Shown here one piece after another: positions 10,730 through 24,220 of a stretch of DNA of 64,000 bases. A model generated the notes under the pieces. The model searched no databases. It was not told the DNA's origin and worked only from the letters and a program-made list of their open reading frames with translations. The stretch lies in contig CM059431.1 in NCBI GenBank assembly GCA_030390025.1, positions 129,334,001-129,398,000 on the forward strand. Direction: 5' to 3'. The translations under genes were made by a program, and so were the position numbers. Positions within the stretch are counted from its first letter, which is position 1; the number at the start of each line of letters is the position of its first letter. This stretch comes from Squalus acanthias (Eukaryota).

Positions 10730-11605
10730 GGGAGAAAAATTCAGTATCGCCCCATTTGGGGCGCAATTATCGGCCGGGCGCAAAGATTAGCGCCTGCCGT
10801 TAATTATCGCCTCCGACTGCAAACTTGGCTTTTATCGCCCCTGGAGGTGATTGGAGCGCTAAATCAGGCGCTACACATCTGTCTTAAGGCGCAAAGGCCG
10901 AGGAGTGAGGCGCTACCTCAGAGCGCTGGCGAAGCTCATGTGATGTCAGTCAGCAATGGAACACAGACACAATGGCGCCGGTCAGTTCTTAAAGGGGAGG
11001 GTTGATCTTGCTCTCCATCCACATCCTGCTCATTGCAGCCTTGAATCTCGGCCTGGAGAGACCTGTACATCAAATCTGCTGGAAAGAAGAATGGAGAGAA
11101 CCAGGGAAAGAGCTCAGAGTGCAACCCCCACAGTCTCTTCTAAATAGATGCAAGGAAGGGCAAATCAAAATGAACCTGCAAGGTGCTGCTCAGTATCCAA
11201 AACTCCTTCACACAGCGTTGAATCTCTCCAGAAGTCTCTCTCTCTCTCTCAGAATGCGTGGTGCAAAAATGTCACCAACAAAAAAAGGCAGGAAGCGTTC
11301 GCCTTTAAACAGCGCTCCCCCAGTCCCTTCCTGACTGCAAAACGCTCCCATCAACCTGTCGTTGCTAGTGGCAAGCGGTAAGGCAGGGGGCGCCACTCAA
11401 TATCCGCTCCAGGGCGCTACCGGGGCATTGCACACTCATCTGACGTCAGGAGATCGTGGCGGTAGTGTTTAGCGCCGCCGCAAAATGTCTAGTTAATTTC
11501 GTGAGCGGCGCAAACATTGCCGCGCCCGGGCGCTAGTTGCTTTGCGCCCCATTAGTGCCCTCTTAAGGCACTAACGGGAGGCGCAACCAACTGAATTTTT
11601 CCCTC
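10730..11605. mobile_element. Family A MITE (876 bp)
   Basis: Ends match both ends of 2078-6258; TSD AGA/AAA restores CR1 FYTQRVV. Confidence 0.9.
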
Positions 11606-11852
11606 AAAGGGTGGTAGAAGTTTGGAACTCTCTTCTGCAAACGGCAATTGATGCTAGATCAATTATTAACTTTAAATCAGAGATTGATAGCTTTTTGTTA
11701 ACCAAAGTTATTAAGGGTTATGGGCCAAAGGTCGCAGATCAGCCATGATCTCATTGAATGGCAGAACAGGCTCAAGGGGCTCAATGGCCTACTCCTGTTC
11801 CTATGTTCCTACATCCCGAAGTCCAGTTATTGCCATCTTGGTAGGGTCCTTT

Positions 11853-12140
11853 AAACATAGAAACATAGAAACATAGAATCTAGGAGCAGGAGTAGGCCAT
11901 TCGGCCCGTCGAGCCTGCTCCACCATTCAATACGATCATGGCTGATCATTCAAATCCAGTACCCTGTCCCTGCTTTAATCCCCACAGTACACATATCCCA
12001 CCCTAGCCCCGTAACCCCACGTATTTAATTCCCCCCAACATATCCCATCCTATCCCCATAACCCCACATATTTAATCCCCCCCCCTAACACTAAGGGTCA
12101 ATTTATCATAGCCAAATCAACCTAACCCGCACATTTAGAG
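11853..12140 (-). mobile_element. CR1 3' tail followed by a short SINE-like fragment
   Basis: (AAACATAG)n tail; CACTAAGGGTCAATTTATCATAGCCAAATCAACCTAACC resembles recalled shark SINE sequence; local ~47-bp duplication. Confidence 0.55.
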
Positions 12141-12294
12141 GGGCTACTGGATATACATAGGATGCTGTTTGTAATTTTGAAGTGCAAATAGGCAGAGTAT
12201 GCACTGTGAACACCACCCATTTGCACTAGCTTTAAAGGAACTACTGGAATCCGCTCAACAAACGGCCCAAAACCATTTTCATCTTGTATAGTTA

Positions 12295-13050
12295 CATAGA
12301 GTTGCATAAAGGCTACAGCACAGAAACAGGCCATTTGGCCCAACTTTTCTTGCCTGTGTTTATGCTCCACACGAGCCGCCTCCCACCTCTCTTCATCTAA
12401 ACCTTTCAGCAGTGTGTACCATCTACAAGATGCACTATAGTAACTCGCCAAGGCTTCTTCAGCAGCACCTCCCAAACCCGCGACCTCTACCACCTAGAAG
12501 GACAAGGACAGAAGGCGCATGGGAACACCACCACCTCCAAGTTCCCCTCCAAATCACACACCATCCTGACTTGGAATTATATCACCGTTCCTTCATTGTC
12601 GCTGGGTCAAAATCCTGGAACTCCCTCCCTAACAGCACTGTGGGAGTACCTTCACCACATGGACTGCAGCGGTTCAAGAAGGCGGCTCACCACCACCTTC
12701 TCAAGGCCAACTAGGGATGGGCAATAAATGCTGGCCTTGCCAGCGATGCCCACATCTCAGGAACGAATAATAAAAAAAAGACCTCTATCAGGTCACCCCT
12801 CACCCTTCTCTTTTCTCGAGAAAAGTGCCCCAACCTGTTTAGCCTATCCTGATAAGTACATCCTCACAGTTCTTGGTATCATCCTTGTGAATCTTTTTTG
12901 CACCTTCTCCAATGCCTCTATATCCTTTTTGTAATATGGAGACCATAACTTTGCAAAGTGCTCCAAGTGTGGTCTAACCAAGGTTCGATACAAGTTTAAC
13001 ATAACTTCTCTTCTCCTCTAGAAATGAACCCCAGTACTTAGTTTACTTTA
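12295..13050 (-). mobile_element. Old CR1 3' fragment interrupted at 12408-12779
   Basis: Antisense CR1 tail (CAGCACAGAAACAGGCCATT) and RT C-terminal sequence on both sides of the insert. Confidence 0.65.
12408..12779 (+). mobile_element. 3' fragment of a second LINE family with A-rich tail
   Basis: Near-identical to 18635-18990. Confidence 0.85.
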
Positions 13051-14832
13051 ATTCTTGTAGGACCAGGAGGAGCAGAAATGGTCCTCCTGCCCCACAAAAA
13101 AAAATTCGGCCTGCTGGCGGCCTGTTCATGGCCCCCTCCCTGGGATCGCCTGCCCCAACCCCAGGCCTAGGCTGTCATATGGCTCCGTGTAACAGCAGAT
13201 GATTTCTCACCCTTACCAACCAGCAAACACCATCGGAGCACCAATACGGCGTGTGCAGCTCACTGATTGCTGGTTTTGTGCGAAATGTTAAAAATGGCCC
13301 CAACAACACAGGTACAACCCTGTAGTGCTAATTATTTGGGCCACGGTGTCTTTAAATGCAATTCCACCATGGGAGCACAGGATCATTGATTTACTCTCAT
13401 ATGTTCAAATTACACCGGTGATTCACTCTCCTCTGGAACCACGTCTGACGCATTTGTATTATTGCTGAAGCTTAAGGATACTTGTAGGAAGATGAGATGT
13501 TGGTATTGTAGGACCTGAGACTGAAGGGAAAGGCAACAAGACACATTTCATTTTTAGTGTACCCATAGGCTTAACATGTAAAAGAATAAGTTCATGCATA
13601 CGCATGAAGAAGATGGAGAGTCACATCCGCAACCTGAGTTGGATCTGCCATCTCAACCCTGACCTGCTGCAAAGGAATGTTTCAATTGTTTAATGCAAAT
13701 ACATTAGGTGCTGTATAGACTGACTCCACCCATTTCATCTGCTCATCACAGTTTATCGGTTAGCTGAGCAGGTGGGTCTATCATCGATCTAATAATGCGA
13801 CTGAGGAGAAACCCATTGACTCTCTCTATGCATTCACTGACTCTGCCCACTGACTCTGTGGAGAATTCTTGTACTGCTGGCTCCTCACGAAAATTTGACT
13901 TCAAGTAGCTTTTACTACAAATGTAAGCAAAAGTGATATTAACTTTTCTAAATGAGTAAAATATAAATTAAAGTTTATTTACCTCTTTGTATACTTTTAT
14001 CACAAAATAGTTTAATCACTTATTCATTCAGTTCTTTTTTCCTTGATGTAGAAAACTTGATTGTTATTTGAAAATAAAACAATTTTTTAAAACTCATCGG
14101 GGAGACAGTGCTGCGGGCTGTTACTGCAGCTTACACTTTCACTCTCGAGTGTGTTCTGGCAAACACTGTTACTTCTTTCCTTAAGAATATATGTAGAAGG
14201 TAGCTTATCTCATGAAAATTAATTCAGCAAAATAGTGATAAAAGTACCATTTTAATATGTGTAATGTTTGTTTCATTCTGTTTAAATATAAGAAATAATG
14301 CACTTTAATCATTGTGGCTAGCTTGTGATGTTCCTGATTTATTTTCAAATCCTAAAGCTCTTGCTTCCTGTCCGCATCATAATCATTATTAATAAATTAT
14401 ACAACAGTTCTATAAATCACAGCAGGATTCATATGTAGCAAATATAAATGGAAGATCTGTGACTCAGCGGGTTTTGTCAGCGGGGAAGAAATTAAAATAT
14501 CCTTCAAATAGGCTTTAATTACAAACTTGTCTATTGCTCAGACAACTGATGAAAAATCATTGGTGAATTGGTTCAGTCCAATTTGCCCCTTAATTATTAG
14601 CTTAATTGCTGATTTTCTGCTTGGACAGTATTGATGGCACCTAACTTAGTACTTCAAACCCAAAATCTACTTTTCACTCATTTTCTGCAGCACAATAATA
14701 ATACAACAAAAAGATGAATCTTTAAGAGGACAAAGCTCTTGAAGAAATCCAGAAGTATTTCCTTTCACATTTATCCTCATTAAAGGAGTCAATACTGATC
14801 AACAGCTCTCTCAAAGAATTCCAAGAGATAAT

Positions 14833-15575
14833 GGCCTCAATCTTGCTGGAAAAATAATGGCGTGTTAATGACGCACGCTGTCATTAATGTGCAAATCAGC
14901 CAGCAAGTTCAGGGGATTAAGAGTTACGCTGTGAGTTGTAAATCTTCAGACGTTGCTGGTCGGTTTACATCGTTCCGCTGTTTGCTTTGCACAAATGGCA
15001 TCTTGCCCATAGCCTCCCCATTACTTTTAAGAACTTGCTGGATTCGCACATTAATTGCCCATTAAATTCAGCGCAGAAAGCTTGGGCAGGTAATTAAGAG
15101 TGTAAGTATACTTTTAATTATGTGATCATTGATAGTGCTACGCCAATTAACCTCTCTGACTTAGAAAGGGAACAATTTAAACAGTTCAGTCTCATTCCTG
15201 CATGTAGTCAATTGTAGTTAGAGATTTGACTATTAAAAAATATTTTTCTTACTTTTTCTTCTGCCCCTTTTTTTGCTCTCTCTCAATCCAATCTTTCTTT
15301 CCTTCTCTTTATTTCTCTTTCAGTACCCACTCTAATTCACCCTCCTTCTCCGTCGTTCCTTTGTTTCTTTCTCACTCATTAAATCTCATTGGTTAAGAAA
15401 ATACACTGTTAGTCTCCTCCTTCATGAAGGTCCCAGAGGACCTGGTGCCCTCGCCACGCCATTATCAGCTCGCACTTCCAGCAAGTTAAGGCACAAAGAA
15501 TTTCTAGCTGAAGGGTACAGGAAAAAGTCTGATGGCGTATGCTGCGAGATGCCCCGCTCCAGCAAGATCTGATCC
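14833..15575. mobile_element. Older Harbinger-type MITE
   Basis: Imperfect TIRs GGCCTCAATCTTGCTGGA / TCCAGCAAGATCTGATCC; flanks AAT/ATT. Confidence 0.6.
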
Positions 15576-15671
15576 ATTGGGGGCTAAATTGGATATCCAC
15601 TGAAAACGGGGCTGGGATGGCGATGAGTGATTACCCTGCTCCCATTCAATGTGATGCAGGCAGCACACCAA

Positions 15672-18600
15672 GGTCATGATTTTGCCAGCCGTGGCGAGTC
15701 CGATGCGGCCGGAGCAGACAGCGGCCTTAAACTCCGCACCCGTCTTCATCCCGCCTCCTCCAAGTGATTTTGCCCTGATTGGGCTTGTTAAGCCTGCCCT
15801 GCGAGGTACCCGGCCAATTAAAAGGAAGCGGGTCTGATGACATCATCTGATGATGCGTCATCAGCCGGTTTCCTTAAAGGGGCCATGTCCACATTAATTT
15901 TGACAGTTGTGCTGTCAGTGTTCTGAAGCATTGAGGTGCTGCAAACACTGACAAGCACTGCACAAAGGTGCACGGCTGCACCCAGACTCTCCCATGAATC
16001 CCTCCATATGCTGATGGAGGGAGTCACAGCATGCAGGGAGGTTCTCTTCCCTTCCAAGACCTCCCCAGGAGACCAACACAACCTGGTTGTACATTGCACA
16101 GGAGGGCACAAGCAGGGATGTCATCAGGAGGACTAGGATGAGTGTGATGGAATGGCTTGGACATTGTAGGGATGATTTATGGTGCTGGTGTGGGGTGGTG
16201 CCAACCTGGCGCATCATGTGGCAGCCAGGGAGATGGTGCTTGCCAACATGGGAACAGCCATTGCTGAGGCCATGGCTGACCCAGGGCTGAAACCATAGAA
16301 GTTGCCGGTATCCTCATACCTAATCCTCCTTCTCACATCCCACTTCCCCCTCATCCCACAATCTCTTCTGATTTACAATCTGCACATGATGTAAGCATAC
16401 AATTCTTGCGTTTCCCCCCCGTCCCCTCACCACAACCTTGTGCCTTTCTCCTTTCAGATACTCAAGAACTGCAACCTGGCCAGGCAGTGGTGGAAGAGAA
16501 CAGGTGGAAGAGCAACAAGACAGTGATGAAGAAGAAAAACCATCACTCAATTTTACACTTGCAGCTACCAGCTCAGATACCGACACTGCGCGTAATATAG
16601 AGGATAGCAAAGAGGCAGGATCTGCATGTGGTGAGACACCGGGCATGAATGGCAGGGGGCGAGGCTAGCGCAGGTGTCAGCTCACCGGAGGGCGAGGTCG
16701 CACACGAGTTCTACTGCAGAGGACTCAGATGAGCACTTCTATGGGGCGGGCTACAGAAGAATGCTGATGGGTATGCACAATGAAATGCTCGGTGCATTGG
16801 AAGGCCTGCCAGAAAGCCTGAATGCAATGTCAAGGAGCATGGAGGAGTCGAGCTCCAGCCTAGCACAGGGCTTTGGGCAAAGCTTTGAGCCAATCCTTTC
16901 CAGCATGGAAAGCCACACAGTTGTAAAAAACCGCTAAGTAAAACAATAAGAATAAAACCGGACGGACCACCCGGCATTGACCTCAGCACCGGCTACGGAC
17001 ACGACAACGGCACACCCAGCCCAGTCGACCCTGCAAAGTCCTCCTCACCAACATAGGGGACTTGTGCCAAAATTGGGAGAGCTGTCCCATAGACTAGTCA
17101 AGCAACAGCCTGACATACTCATACTCACAGAATCATACCTTTCAGCCAATGTCCCAAACTCCTCCATCGCCATCCCTGGGTATGTCCTGTCCCACCGGCA
17201 GGACAGCCCACCAGAGGTGGCAGCACAGTGGTATACAATTGGGAAGGAGTAGCCCTTGGAGTCCTCAACATTGATTCCGGACCACATGATGTCTCATGGC
17301 TTCAGGTCAAGCATGGGCAAGGTAACCTCCTGCTGATAACCACCTACTGCCCTCCCTCATCTGATGAATCAGTGCTCCTCCATGTTGAACACCACTTGGA
17401 AGAAGCACTGAGAGTATCAAGGGCACAGAATTTACTCGGGGTGGGGGACTTCAATGTCCATCACCAAGAGTGGCTCGGTAGCACTACTACTGACCGAGCT
17501 GGCCGAGTCCTGAAGAACATAGCTGCCAGTCTGGGCCTGCGACAGGTGGTGAGAGAACCAGCACGAGGGAAAAACCTACTTGGCCTCGTCCTCACCAATC
17601 TACCTGTCGCAGATGCATCTGTCCATGACAGTATTGGTAGCAGTGACCACCGCACAGTCATTGTGGAGACAAAATCCCGTCTTCACACGGAGGACATCCT
17701 CCATTGTGTTGTGTGGCACTACATGGGATAGATTCAGAACCTGGGGAAGCTGCAACACAGGACTACATGCATGCTAAAAAGTGGAAGCAGCATGCTATAG
17801 ACAGAGCTCAGCAATCCCACAATCAATGGATCAGATCAAAGCTCTGCACTCCTGCCACATCCAGTTGTGAATGGTGGTGGACCATTGAACAACTAACAGG
17901 AGGGGGAGGCTCCATGAATATCCCCATCCTCAATGATGGTGGAGCCCAGCACGTGTGTGCAAAAGACAAGGCTGAAGCATTTGCAACCATCTTCAGCCAG
18001 AAGTGCCAAATGGATGATCCATATCAGTCTCCTCCTGAGGTCCCCACCATCACAGAAGCCAGTCTTCAGCCAATTCGATTCACTCCATGTGATATCAAGA
18101 AACGGCTGAGTTCACTGGATACAGCAAAGGCTATGGGCCCCTGACAACATCCCGGCTGTCGTGCTGAAGACTTGTGCTCCAGAATTAGCCGCACCTGTAG
18201 CCAAGCTGTTCCAGTATAGCTATAACATTGGCATCTGTCCAACAATGTAGAAAACTACCCAGGTATGTCCTGTCCACAAAAAGCAGGACAAATCCAATTT
18301 GGCCAATTACCGCCCCATCAGTCTACTCTCAATCATCAGAAAATTGATAGAAGGTGTCATCGACAGTGCTATCAAGCAGCACTTAATCACCAATAATCTG
18401 CTCACTGATGCCCAGTTTGGGTTCCGCCAGGACCACTCGGCTCTAGACCTCATTACAGCCTTGGTCCAAAGATGAACAAAAGAGCTGATTTCCAGAGGTG
18501 AGATGAGAGTGACTGCCTTTGACATCAAGGCAGCATTTGACCGAGTGTGGCTTCAAGACAAAGCCGCCCCTTGATTGGTACCCCATCCACCATCTTAAAC

Positions 18601-20310
18601 ATTCACTCCCTCCACCACCGGCGCACCATGGCTGCAGTGTGTACCATCTACAAGATGCACTACAGCAACTCGCCAAGGCTTCTTCAGCAGCACCTCCCAA
18701 ACCCGCGACCTCTACCACCTAGAAGGACAAGGGCAGCAGGCACATGGGAATACCACCACCTCCAAGTACCCCTCCAAGTCACACACCATCCTGACTTGGA
18801 AGCATATCACCGTTCCTTCATCGTCGCTGGGTCAAAATCCTGGAACTCCCTTCCTAGCAGCACTGTGGGAGTACCTTCACCACACGGACTGCAGCGGTTC
18901 AAGAAGGCGGCTCACTACCACCTTCTCAAGGGCAACTAGGGATGGGCAATAAATGCTGGTCTTGCCAGCGATGCCCACATCCCATGAATGAATTTTTAAA
19001 AATGGAAGTGGTGGCCTACTCCATTAGCACACTTGTAGGCCCAACCATAATGCAGCCTCTGATGGCCGATGTCTCTGCTTCCATTGCAGCACAATCAGCA
19101 GCCACCCAACATCTGGGTGCTGCAGAGGAATCTTAGACTGCTGTCATGCAAGGTCAGGTTGCTGCAATGCAAGCTCAGACTGCTGCCATTATGGCTCTGC
19201 ATTCCAGTGTTCAAAGGGGCTTACAGGATGTCACAGCAGTCCAGCAGTCTGTCCTCCAACAGATTACTAGGATTGCTGAGGCGCCGCCCCTGGGGAGTGG
19301 CAGTGGCTCCATGGAGCACAAACCTGCTGTCCTCTCTCAGGATGACAGCATTTGTACTTCCACCACTGCCACTCCACCATTGCTCTTGCTGCTGCCTGTC
19401 AGCCAGCCAGCCTGGACTGCTGCCACCATGTCAAGGTGATGCAATCCGAAGCCGGGCCTTCCAGGCCCAGAGCTGCTCGAGGTCGTCCTCCAATGCCATC
19501 AGCAGTCTCCACCACTGAAAGTCAGCAGCCTGCCACCAGCCATGCTGCAGCCACTGGGGTAGCACTGCGTAAGAGCACTAGGATAGGCAAAGTCACACGG
19601 AAGACAGACACTAAGGAAATACACAAGGGTGATTAGTTTACTTTTGTATGCAATATGCCATGATTTCATTTATTAATTTGGTTTCGAATATTTACTTTGT
19701 GTTGGCTTTTAATTTTGCAATGTGGCCAAGCAGACACTGTGTTGGTCAGTAACAGAGGGAATGTAAGGTATGGGACTGTTGGTGAATGGGGAAGTGGGGT
19801 TGCATTTAGATTTACTGATATCACACGCGGATGAGTTCTTCACAGGCAGCCTGTCCAGAAAGGAGCTGTCTAGGTTGCCTCCTCCCTTCCTCTTACTCCT
19901 CCTGCTCCCTTCCTCTTCCTCCTCATGCTCATGTTCCTCCTGCTCCTCAGCTGCTCACCGTATAGCTGGTGGCAAGGGCTGTGTCCTCATGATGGTGAGT
20001 TTATGCACCATGCAGCAGACCACCACGAATCTTGACACCCACTCTGCTGAGTACTGCCGGGCTCCTCCAGAACGGTCAAAGCAGCGGAAGCGTTGTTTCA
20101 GCACACCAATGGTCTGCTCTATCACATTTCATGTGGAAGCATGGCTTTTATTGTATGCATGCTGCCCACGTGTGCGTGAGTTGCGCACCAGAGTCATGAG
20201 CCACGTCGTCAGTGGATAGCCCTTGTCGCCCAGTAGCGACCATTTGGTTTGCCGTGATGGCTCAAATGCAGACGGCACAGCAGACTGCCGCAGAAGGAAG
20301 GCAACATGAC
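15672..20310 (+). pseudogene. Decayed, truncated family B Harbinger: Myb remnants (exon 1 ~15950-16130; exon 3 ~16459-16910 and 19002-19636) and convergent transposase C-terminus (~19805-20310, minus)
   Basis: MHNEMLGALEGLPESL, AVLSQDDSI, GPSRPRAARGRP; WSLLGDKGYPLTTWLMT; left TIR GGTCATGATTTT; no right TIR. Confidence 0.85.
16911..19001 (+). mobile_element. Internally deleted APE-RT LINE of a second family (clade not assigned)
   Basis: APE motifs QQPDILILTESYL, GDFNVHH, SSDHRTV; RT start NYRPISLLS, AFDRVW; TSD ATGGAA at 16905-16910 and 19002-19007. Confidence 0.88.
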
Positions 20311-20882
20311 CAATGTTCCCTGTAAGTTGCGCGGCCACTTTAATGGCATTCCGCTGAAGGTTTACTTTTCCTACATTGGACAGACACATCTAAGTGTATT
20401 ATTTACTCCAGAATGATCAAGATGGGCAAGTGATCATGCTAGTAATTTTTTGATTTTCTCAATTACTATACCATGTAGAGGGGCTGCAAGATTATTTCAT
20501 AATATTCATATTCATCTCATTATATGATAAGAATGTTCATTCTGTCATTTATTTCAGTATTTTTTTCAGATTAAAAGGAATAAATGTTAACAGTAAAATG
20601 ATAATTTACCAGCTTGTTAATGATTTTGTAAGGGCATGTTCTCTTATTGAACAGACCTGACATTTTTAAAGGGAAACTATTTTCATGAAAAGTGTATGGC
20701 AAAAGATTTTTCATTTAATTTACAAATACACAATCAAATTAATTCAACCACATTGAAATAAATAACTGCACCTTTTGTGTGTAATATTATTGTAATGAAA
20801 ACTATATATAGAATTTATGTCTTTTCCCCCTCCTAAAACAAGAAAACTGTCACCACTTTTTCAGTCAGTGGATCTTAAAAAT

Positions 20883-21445
20883 GGCCCATAATTGACAGTC
20901 AGCGGCGAAGCAAAGGCGTTCGCCGTTGGCCCCGAAGTAAGCTTCCCGCAAAGATCTTGCAATCTCTGTGGTGAGAAGTTCGGTTTTTCTGACGTTCAGA
21001 TGAGATCAGTGTGAGGTGAGCTAATGGGGAATCCCTAACGCAAGCTACTGTGATGTCAGCAAGCTGTCTAAGCAGCCAATCACAATGCAGAATTCTCACA
21101 GACCGGGAACCAGGAAGTGAGTAAGCTCCTTTGATTTTAACTTTTTTTTAAATGTTATAGAGAGCAAAACAGAGATTGGGGCTCACACATGGGGAAAAAT
21201 GGCAAACCTGAAATAAAGATGAACAAACTTTAAAAAAATGTAAACTTTTTTTAAAAGTTTCTTAAAAATTTTAATTTTCATTAAAATGGATAAATTTGAC
21301 AGTCCACAAAATTAAAATGAGTTTTTCAGGGCCATAACGTTTGTTTAGCAGTCAATATGCTGTTAAAACCCCAGTTACACCTAATCCAAAAGGGTCTAAC
21401 TCTTAATGGGGTATTTAACAGCGATATTACCGCGGAAAAACCAAA
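20883..21445. mobile_element. Left part of a Harbinger-type MITE (family F)
   Basis: Starts GGCCCATAATT after AAT; shares GGGGTATTTAACAGCGATATTACC with ~35720. Confidence 0.55.
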
Positions 21446-22835
21446 GGCCGAAATTTTCTGTACCTGGGCGGATCTGGTGCGGGCGGTCAACGTGGCGGGT
21501 CGCGACCCCTTTGCTGCGTCCAGCGCACTGCAGAAAAGGACTTTCCGATAATGGGCCCTATTAAGCCTGTCCTGCGCGTTACCCAGTCCAATTAAATGGC
21601 GCAGATCTGATGACATCATCCATGACGCGTTTTCAGCTGATATATATTTAAAGGAGCCATGGCCGCATTGCATTTGAAGGTTCATCTAGGAGTGTACAGG
21701 CAGCACACTGGAGGTTTTCATTGCTCCAACCAGTTGGAGAGATGGCTGCACAGAGGCAGAGGGCTGCACCCAGGTCCTCCCATGACTCCCTCCATAAGCT
21801 TGTGGAGGGAGTCAGGGCACGCAGGGAGTTTCTCTTCACTTCCAATGGGTGGAAGAGACCTCACCAGGAGACAAAACGAGCCTAGCTCCAAATAGCAGAG
21901 GAGGTCAACAGCAGGGATGTGTTCAGGAGGACCTGGGTGCAGTGTCGCAAATGTTTCAATGATTTTATTAGATCAGGAAACGTTAGTACAAAGCCACACT
22001 CAACTTTATCCTGCTGTGCCTCTCATCACATCCTCTAAACTCTGCCTTCCCAACCCTACTTCTGCACATCCTTACTCACACCAACATACCTTGCACATCC
22101 ACCCTCTCTCTCTATCTACATTATCGCATCCCCATCTTACTAGCCACCCCTCACACTCACCCTCATCCGAATGCAATCATACCAACTAACAACACAAAAG
22201 GAGCCCACTTGGCACTGCCACCCCAATCCATCATAGTCTCCCTCTAAAGGTGTAACCCATCCATTCCTTACACTCATTCCATCACTCTCACTCAACCTTC
22301 TCTTCTTTCCCTCCTTGCAGGAGAAGAGAGCGTACAATAAGAGGGAGAGAACTGGAGGTGGGCCTCCACGATTTGTGACCCTCACAACAGCAGAGGAGGC
22401 TGCGTTGGAAGTCTCTGGAGTGGCTGAGCAGCTGGAGGTGGGAGACGGAGAGAGGGGGACATCTCAGCAACCTGGTGACAGAATTATATATCATAAAGTT
22501 ACATGGCATACAACAGTCAGTCATCAGCCACTGAATGGTCATCATGTGCATAATGGTATGTGTACCCATTCTTCATATGACATATCTAACTCATCTCTTT
22601 ACTCTCCCACAGGTCCATCAAGAGCCCCCACCACCCCTCCACTGTCGAGCCGGAGGAGGAAGATGACTCCTCAGAGGAGCCTTCAGCCTCTGAGGGCACA
22701 GTGTCACCAGACATGAGCGCACCCAGCACCAACGCAGATACGCACACCTCGGTGGGTCTGACGCGAGATAGAGTAGTGTTGTCACCAGGTCCGTCACAAG
22801 TCACAAGTGAGCAAGAGCAGATGGTGGGGACAGGA
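21446..22835 (+). pseudogene. Truncated family C Harbinger with Myb exons 1-2 and start of exon 3
   Basis: TIR GGCCGAAATTTT; exon 2 EKRAYNKRERTGGGPP after TTGCAG (22320); similar to 28141-29250. Confidence 0.8.
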
Positions 22836-22909
22836 AACCAGCACTTCAGGTGGCCTTACGGGTGAGTACACAGCGCGTACTCACCCGACAACAGCCGAAT
22901 TTCTGACCC
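22836..22909. mobile_element. Terminal fragment of a family D-like MITE
   Basis: GGGTGAGTACACAGCGCGTACTCACCC palindrome and GAATTTCTGACCC end, as at 24609 and 44901. Confidence 0.7.
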
Positions 22910-24220
22910 AATATAGTCAGGCAGAGTCAGCATAGTTTTATGAAAGGGAAATCATGTTTGACAAATTTGCTGGAGTTCTTTGAGGATGTAACAAGCAGGG
23001 TGGATAAAGGGGAACCAGTCGATGTTGTGTATTTGGATTTCCAGAAGGCATTCGATAAGGTGCCACATAAAAGGTTACTACACAACATAAGAGCTCACGG
23101 GGTTGGGGGTAATATATTAGCATGGTTAGACAATTCGCTAACTAACAGAAAACAGGGAGTCGGGATAAATGAGTCATTTTCAGGTTGGCAAACTGTAAAA
23201 AGTGGGGTGCCACAGGGATCAGTGCTGGGGCCTCAACTATTTACGATCTATATTAATGACTTGGATGAAGGGACTGTAATGTAGCCAAATTTGCTGATGA
23301 TACAAAGATAGGTGGGAAAGCAAATTGTGTGGAGGACGCAAAGAATCTCCAAAGGGATATTGATAGGCTAAGTGAGTGGGCAAAAATCTGGCAGACGGAG
23401 TTTAATGTGGGAAAATGCGAGGTTATCCACTTTGGTAGGAAAAATAAAAAGCAAATTATTATTTAAATGGGGAGAGATTACAAAATGCTGAGGTACAGAG
23501 GGATCTGGGGGTCTTTGTACATGAATCACAAAAAGTTAGCATGCAGATACAGCAAGTAATTAGGAAGGCAAATGGAGTGTTGGCCTTTATTGCAAAGGGA
23601 ATGGAATATAAAAGTAGGGAAGTCCTGTTACAACTGTTCGTGAGACCACACCTGGAGTACAGCGTACAGTTTTGGTCTCCTTATTTAAGGAAGGATATAC
23701 TTGCATTGGATGCAGTTCAAAGAAGGTTCACTAGGTTGATTCCGGAGATGAAGGGGTTATCTTATGAAGAAAGGTTGAGCAGGTTGGGCCTATACTCATT
23801 GGAGTTTGGAAGAATGAGAGGTGATCTTATTGGAACATATAAGATCCTGAAGGGGCTTGACAGGGTAGATGCAGAGAGGATGTTTCCCCTCGTGGGGGAA
23901 TCTAGAACTAGGGGGCATAACTTCAGAATAAGGGGGCACCCTTTTAAATCGGAAATGAGGAGGAATTTTTTCTCTCAGAGTGTCGTGAATCTTTAGAATT
24001 CTCTTCCCCAGAGAGCTGTGGAGGCTGGTTCATTGAATATATTTAAGGTGGAGATAGACAGATTTTTGAACGATAAGGGAGTCAAGGGTTATGGGGAGCA
24101 GGCAGGGAAGTGGGATTGAGACCAAGATCAGATCAGCCATGATCTTATTGAATAGTGGAGCAGGCTCGAGGGGTCAAATGATCTACTCCTGCTCCTACGT
24201 CTTATGTTATTATGTTCTTA
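22910..24220 (+). mobile_element. 5'-truncated CR1 LINE
   Basis: [32 protein letters not shown]; (TTATGTTC)n-like tail. Confidence 0.92.

Larger units (their letters stand above)
305..11810 (+). mobile_element. Decayed CR1 LINE (ORF2 RT plus 3' tail) split by nested insertions; pieces about 305-806, 6615-6777, 9836-10145, 10369-10729, 11606-11810
   Basis: Colinear RT motifs [53 protein letters not shown]; sequence rejoins across each insertion; ends in CTACTCCTGTTCCTATGTTCC. Confidence 0.9.
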
